Assembly: GCA_002269645.1 (NCBI GenBank)
Contig: NIVC01003173.1
Location: forward strand, 50,320-114,319
Length of the DNA stretch: 64,000 bases
Direction of reading: 5' to 3'
Origin: Macrostomum lignano
Taxonomy: Eukaryota
Shown here piece after piece: positions 34,894 to 64,000 of the stretch (the first letter of the stretch is position 1; each line of letters opens with the position of its first letter). The notes under the pieces are model-generated. The model searched no databases. It worked only from the letters and a program-made list of their open reading frames with translations, and was not told where the DNA came from. The position numbers and the translations under genes are program-made.

Positions 34894-37800
34894 TCAGCCT
34901 CACCATCAACCTTCTTCGCAGGCTGGGGCGCATCTAGCGCCCCCGTCCCTTGCAGCCCAGCTGACATCGAGACGTGCGGTGCAGAGAGAGAGAGAGAGCA
35001 TCAGCCTCCGGCCGCAAAGAGGGGACGCCCGCTAGGTGAGTCTCTGCGTGTGTAAAACTATATGCTTTTAGCATTTGCAAAATCTGAATTCAGAAAAATA
35101 GGGCTGTATAATTGCTTTAGCATTTGTGTGATTTGCAAATTTTTTCGCTAGTTGAAATATGGGCTTTCTTTGAAACCACAGCTTTTCATCTTTAGCATTC
35201 ATTTTGGCTTAAAATTTCTGAATTTCCTCTTGACATAGATGTTGAAGTAAAGGGAGGAACTGGATTTCTCAAATTCAGGCCTGTTGAAATAACAGAGTTT
35301 TAGAGAATATCCGCAGCAGCAGTATAGCCGGATAATGCCTGTAGAGGATAGTCATAAAATTTCAGGGGTTATGTGACTAATCCTTGAACTAGAGAGAAGC
35401 AAAAACAGCAATCCTGCGGCGAGCGCGAACGTGACTCAGCGGGGGGCGGGCCGGTATTCTGGCGGCAGTGATAAAATCAACCCCCCGATTTTTGGGCTCA
35501 GCATGATGATGTAATCACCGCTGCAGTTGACAGTAGGGGTTTTGGCAGCAATAAAACTTGGCTGCTACAGTGAGGGTTATTAATCAGACATTTATGACAG
35601 CTTTAAGAATCCAAAAGCGGCGCGCGGTGTTGTTGCTAGGTGTCAAGGAGGCACAATGGAGGCACGTGCTGATAGGTGGTTTTCTTAAATTATACAATGT
35701 CTGCTGCGGCAGGATCAGTGTTATCATGGTCATCAATCAAACATTTTTGACAGCCTAAAATTCGAAGCGGGGGTCAATCAACCCCACATTTCTTTTGTTG
35801 CTACGTGTCGGAACGTGTCGAGTTGGGGTTTTTACAACTCACCGATTTTTGTTGCTTGGGGTGGGACGATAAAATTGCTGCTGCTGCAGGCAATCAATCA
35901 AAAATTTTTGACAGTTGTAAAATTCCAAGCGGTCAGAATTTTAGTCACCATGCGCATTTTATTGCAGATTTGGCTCAATTTCAACCCCCGCCCCAGCCCG
36001 ACACTGTCGAAGGCGATGGTAAGGAGTTGATTTTATTTCATGAGTCATACACCCACCGCCTCTCGCAATTCTAATTTCAAAACCCTAAAATTTTTCAGGC
36101 TTCATTGCGCGTCTTGGCGGGGCGAAAACCCTGCCTAAATTTAAAGCTAAGGGGGTAGAATATGTGGTATCGTTCACCCCAGTATCGTCATCGTCCACTG
36201 ACATTCGAGCCATATTCGCCGAATTAATCTCTGTGCTCTGCAGTGACCTGCACGCAAATGATTTTGTTTCGGCCAAGTTGATTGCCGACAACATGATGTT
36301 GACGGTTAATGTTCCGCCCGTCCGCCGCAGCCGCTTCACTGCAGAGCTTGTTTTCAAGCATATAAACAAGGTTCTGCAGTCGGACTCCAGTGTCTTGGGC
36401 AACAACTTTAAATTGTTTTTGCTCAAGGCCTGGGTCCCGCGGGGCGGCTGCGGCAGCCTGGATGCGGAGGAAAAACACATCCAGGCTCGCCATTCAATTG
36501 GGCGCAACTATGTCGTCATCGCCAACCGCGACAAGCGGTGCCTCATCCGGGCGCTAGTGGTGGCCAAGGCCTTTGCCGATCTGGAGGCCAAGGCCATTAC
36601 TAGACAGGCTTGGCGGACCATCAAGGCTGACTCCCCAATGCAGAAGAAGCTGACTGGGGAGCTTCAGATTGCCGCCAAATTGTATTCGGTGAGTAAAAAA
36701 TATTCTTGCACATTTTAATTTGCATTTTTATTAATATACAAATGTTTTAGTCTTTATCAACCATTGCACAGGCCGGGCCTTTCGGGGTTGACGTGCTCCC
36801 CCAACTGCTCGCAGTCCTGAACGCCCAGTACACCCTGCCTGGCAGCACAGTGCTCAATCTACACCTAATTGGCGACCACTTTAACGCGGTGTGCAAGGTG
36901 CCGCCATTTTTCGGAGCCCGCCGCTACTGTGACCGCTGCCAGCAGGCGTACGACTGCAAGTCTAGAGAGCACAAGTGTGCCGACACCTGCCCTCAATGCA
37001 AAGTGCCTGGCGCCAATTGCAAGAACCTGCAGCGTGACTACAAACGCTGCCCAGACTGCGGTTAAAATGCTATAACAGGCAGTGCTTCAAGAACCACCGC
37101 CAAAAGAACCGGGCCGGCAGGTCGCGCTGCGACTCCACCCGTGTATGCGCTAATTGCGGGTATTGCGAAGAACTAAAAGCCGGCCAGAAGGAGCCGGAGC
37201 ACAAATGCGGCCTCGTCAAGTGCCCGCTGTGTAAACAGTACGACGAGGCCGGCTCGCATTTGTGCTTCGTCAAGGCTCCCAAAGTGAAAGCTTCAACTAT
37301 GCCGTACGTGTTCTACGATACGGAAACGTACACGGATGATGAGAAGCAGCATCACGTGCATCTGGTGACTGCCGTCACGTGTTGCGAGACCTGTTCCGGC
37401 CGGGCATTTCCGCGCGAGACTTGCCACCTCTGCAATGGCCTGCATAGCACTGCCAATTGTCTGACTGGCCGCGATCTGGGGAAGGAATTCTCCAATTGCG
37501 TCAGCCACTCAGACTGCGCCTGCCAAATGGCCGATTTTGTGGCTGTGGGCCCGGCCTCGCTGAATGCTTTTTTCGCCTGGCTAAGCACCACATTCCGAGG
37601 CGGCGCCATTGTTGTTGCGCATAATGCATCAGGCTACGATTCGTTTTTATTGCTTGGCGCTCTACTCAACGGCCTGGCCAAGAAGCGGCCCCAAGTACTG
37701 TTCCAGGGCAGCCGGCTAATGAGCATGACGGTTGATAAATTGGTATTTAAAGATTCGCTAAATTTTATACCAATCCCGCTTGCGCAATTCCCCAAAGCTC

Positions 37801-40092
37801 TGGGGCTCGAGGACACAAAGCTGGCCAAGGGGACATTTCCCCACGAGTTCAACAAGCCGGCTAATTGGAACTACGTTGGCCCCTACCCGACTATTGATTA
37901 TTATGGCGGCAAGACAAACAACGATTACGGCTCCATCTGTGCTTGGCTGGCCTCGCGACAGGGCGAGTTGTTCAACTTTAATCGGGAATATCTCGATTAT
38001 TGTTTGAGCGACACAGTCCTGCTTCGCGAGGGCTGCATCAAGTACAGGGCAATAATTGGTGAAATTTGCGACGGCCTGGAACCATTTGTACAGGCCAACA
38101 CGATTGCCAGTTTGGCAATGGCCGTTTTCACCACCCGGTTTATGGAGCCCAACTCGGTCGGCGTGATTGCCAGGCAGGCCGACCAGCAATCGTTCAAGGC
38201 GCGCAAGTGGCTGACTTATTTGAATGCCACCGAATTTGGCGGGCGACTGCGAACCTGCGACTCGACTGACGGCGGCGAGGCTGTCATTCTCGGCCGCAAG
38301 GTGGACGGCTTTGATGAGGCCAGCAACACTGTTTTGCAGTTTCATGGCTGTTTCTACCATGGCTGCGAGCAGTGTATGCCCGATCAGGATGCTGTCCACC
38401 CGCTCAAACGGCAGCCTCTGAGCCACATCCGCCACGAGACTGAGTGGTTCACTCGCGAGTTGGAGCGGCACAATTACAGTGTTCGAGTCATTTGGGAGCA
38501 CGAATACGACACTGTATTGGCATCGCAGGCCGATTTCATTGCCGCAACTGCACATCTGCGCGCTCCGCTCAAGATGGAGGATGCGCTCTACGGCGGCCGC
38601 GTAGAGTGTTTTATCCCGCATGCTGTGGCCAGTGAGACTGAGACTCTCAAATATCGGGATGTGGTGAGTAGTAGTGATACTACTAATATAGTAGAATATT
38701 TTGCAAAAATACAGTTTATCAAAAATAATGTTTTATTTCAACTGGCAAGTCTCTCTGTACCCGACGGTGCAGTCGAAAGACCCGTACCCGATTGGCCACC
38801 CGGTGAACCACTTGACGCCGCAAGTGCTCGATTCTGACGCGCTGGCCAGCTACTTTGGCATTGCCAAAGTGACAGTGCTGCCGCCGTCAAACTTGCATAT
38901 TCCGCTGCTGCCCTACAAGGTGCAAAAGAAGCTCTTTTTTGGGCTTTGCCGCACCTGTATGGAGCAGCAGTGCAGCGGCTGCTGCGACCACTCAGACGAG
39001 GAGCGGGCGCTGACTGGCACCTAGGCCACGCCGGAGCTGCGAAAGGCGTTCCAGTTGGGCTACCGGCTGCAGGTGGTGCATGCGCTGGCCTACTGGACAG
39101 AGCAGCGGACGGGCCTGTTCAGTGACTATGTCAGCACCTTCCTCAAATTGAAGGCCGAGTCGAGCGGCTCCCCTGGCATGTCGGATGAAGACAAGGCCGC
39201 CTACATTGCCGATTTTTACGCCAAGGAAGGCGTCACGCTGGACAAGGTCGAGCCCAACCCAGGACTTCGCTTTGTAGCGAAAATCTTTTTGAATTCGTAA
39301 GTATTCATGAATCTTGTTTTTAAACGATTTCTTCTTCTACTAACAGTAGCTTTTCTTTACACGCAGGCTCTGTGGTAAATTTTGTCAGCGTGACGACCTG
39401 ACATCGACAGAAATTGTATCCAGCTACGAGGACTGGCTCGCCCGGCTGACCGACCCCAACCTCAAAGTCAAGGCCTGCGAACCGATTGGCAGCGAGTTTA
39501 TGCTGCTGGAGTACCGGCACCGCTACTTTAATCAGCGGCCGTTCCGCTACTCCAACGTGCCAATCGGGGTTTTTACAACCACGCAGGCCCGGCTGCGCCT
39601 GTACGAGGCATTGGAGGGGCTCGGCGAACGGGCCATTTACTGCGACACTGACTCGTAAGTATTGCTCTTTTAGAATTGATTACATGTAAATAGTTAGCAA
39701 TTATCTCGTTTTTCTCTCTCCCCCACACACAGGGTCGTTTACCGGCATTCGAATGTGGAATGTGGACCGATGAGGTGCCTGCAGGCAGCCGGATGACCGA
39801 CTTTGTAAGTGGAGGGCCAAAGCTCTACACTTACATTGTTGAGGATGCGGCCAGTGTCCGGAGCCAGGTCTTGAAATGCAAGGGCATTCGCCTGACTCCG
39901 GAGATTCGGGAGCGTAGCGACGACATGCGCAATGCCCTGCTGCACGGTGGCTCTCTGCAGCTGCCGCAGTTTCAGTTCAGGCGCGACAAGGCGTCTTGTA
40001 CCATACAAACTGTTAGTATGGACAAGACGTTTCAGCGCGTCCTGACAAAACGTGTGTACGGGGCCGGCAGCCGACCTTATGGCTATAAATAA
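34787..40092 (+). pseudogene. Protein-primed family B DNA polymerase (DNA_pol_B_2 type), six exons, disrupted in this copy
   Basis: Exons ~34787-35035, 36099-36688, 36772-38663, 38749-39296, 39367-39654 and 39733-40092. Motifs: ExoI FYDTET, ExoII AHNASGYD, ExoIII YCLSD, PolA YRDV|VSLYP, PolB KIFLNS|LCGKF, PolC YCDTDS, then GPKLY and KCKG. Multiple CxxC fingers precede ExoI. Lesions: 1 nt frameshifts at ~34835 and ~37063, CAA instead of CAG at acceptor 38748, TAG at 39022 in place of the W of TGTW, and a frameshifting deletion at ~39755. AATAAA at ~40113. Confidence 0.9.
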
Positions 40093-40434
40093 TGTGGTCT
40101 TTGCGACTAACTAATAAATGTCTTGTTAAATTTGACAGAGTAAAATCTATTTATTGTTGTACATATTTTGCATGTTAAATTAATGAAGAGTTACAGACTA
40201 CTATACAAATGTACATAAAGCATTTTTTTATTGTATACAGCGAAATTGCCAATGTAAAAATCTATTGTACATATTTTGCGTGTCAAACTTGTTTAAAATC
40301 ATTTAGAAGAGAAAATTATTGAAAAACAATGTAAAATTTTCTGTATATTGTATTTGCTGGTAATGTTGTACATAAAATATTTCCTGTAATATGCTACTGA
40401 TTTAATGTAAATATATATTTGTAAATAGTTTATA

Positions 40435-40809
40435 TACGATGTGAGCTGTACAATTAGTTGACTCATTTGGATGAGATTGTACATGTAGTAGGGTTTCGAG
40501 TTGTAATCTTGGTGCGCGCGCGCGGGCCGTCTGGGGATGACACTGTACATGTAGATTAATGCACATACTGCGTACACATAGAATTGGGGATAGACATGGA
40601 CAATTGAGATAGATAGGGATTAATGTACATGGGATTAATGTACATATCCATTTTGAGATAGATAGGGATTAATGTACACGGAATTAATGTACATATATGA
40701 GTACATGGATTATTACGACTACATATTGCCATATCACGCTTAGGATAGCGTTTTCATATACTACTTACTTCATTTTCAGATAGTAGTATAATTTGCGTTT
40801 TTTGCGTCA
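40435..40809 (-). repeat. Right inverted repeat (putative TIR), 375 bp
   Basis: Reverse complement of 28824-29210. Confidence 0.93.
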
Positions 40810-40850
40810 AAACATCGGAAAATCAACCGTTAAAGGCGCGATACGTAGTC

Positions 40851-41150
40851 GTGACCTAAATCTGTATCTGGGGGGCCGTGACCTAAATCTGTATCTGGGG
40901 GGCCGTGACCTAAATCTGTATCTGGGGGGGGGTCGTGACCTAAATCGGTATCCAAGCTTGGTCATGACCAATTATGAATCAGTTTCCGGGGTCATGACCA
41001 ATTATAAATCAGTATCCGTGGTCGACGTCATGACCAATTATAAATGAGTATCCGTGGTCATGACCAATTATATAATCTATTCTGACCTAAATCATTAATC
41101 ATTTAGTCATGACCTAAATCAGAAGCTAGCTAGCTGGGGTCATGACCTAT
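40851..41150. repeat. Short tandem arrays abutting the right inverted repeat
   Basis: 27 bp gtgacctaaatctgtatctggggggcc x3, then ~30 bp gtcatgaccaattataaatcagtatccgtg x~4, then decayed copies. Confidence 0.85.
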
Positions 41151-41367
41151 AAATCAATATCGGGGACAATTTTATGCATGTGCATGTAATTGATTTTCTG
41201 ATTCTGCACCTACATATGTAAATCAGTACCTGGGACAAGTCGCTTGTGGAGCTGCATGTACATTAAACGTCAGAATTAATTGGTACATGTTAAAAACATA
41301 CGGTACATGTATTTACAGCTGCCAATGCACGCACTAACAATCCCACGCCGACACAGTTGCTGACGCC

Positions 41368-63824
<22,457 letters not shown>

Positions 63825-64000
63825 AGTCTCAGAGTTCTTGATGGGCTATGAGCTTACCTGGGCGATCGAAAACTGAGCTTGTTTAAAACCGCATTTCATG
63901 GATGCAGAGCGGGTTCCGCTATCTTTATGGTCTGAAGCCGTTTGCCGATCTGCGCTAATTTATTATTAACGAATGCTCAGCTAGAAGACTCAGTTAATTA

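Larger units (their letters stand above)
28785..40850 (+). mobile_element. TIR-bounded element encoding a protein-primed DNA polymerase B (Polinton/Maverick-related); no other core gene recognised
   Basis: Inverted repeats at 28824-29210 and 40435-40809, with weaker homology out to ~28785/~40850, enclose a pPolB gene. Confidence 0.78.

Overview
Animal genomic DNA, not prokaryotic: it has GT-AG introns, SINEs and many minisatellites. The style is reminiscent of a flatworm such as Macrostomum (inference only). Most short entries in the ORF track are repeat-derived or antisense artefacts. Host genes: (1) a GRL101/LGR-type GPCR with CUB, C-type lectin, LDLa and LRR ectodomains plus a 7TM (minus strand, ~9.6-17.1 kb); (2) a small two-exon orphan gene (plus, 26.4-28.0 kb); (3) a full-length usherin/USH2A-like gene (minus, 41.4-63.8 kb) with four single-base frameshifts that look like assembly errors. 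The most unusual feature is a ~12 kb element at 28.8-40.8 kb bounded by ~380 bp, ~97% identical inverted repeats. Its only recognisable gene is a Polinton/Maverick-type protein-primed DNA polymerase B with five spliceosomal introns, a TATA box, a polyA signal, zinc fingers and an embedded Vsr-like nuclease module. I could not recognise an integrase, ATPase, protease, capsid gene or TSD. A 2.2 kb solo-LTR-like insertion with a 4 bp TSD sits inside the element. The polymerase copy here is damaged. Coordinates, counts and alignments were read by hand; family assignments rest on recalled motifs and were not database-checked.
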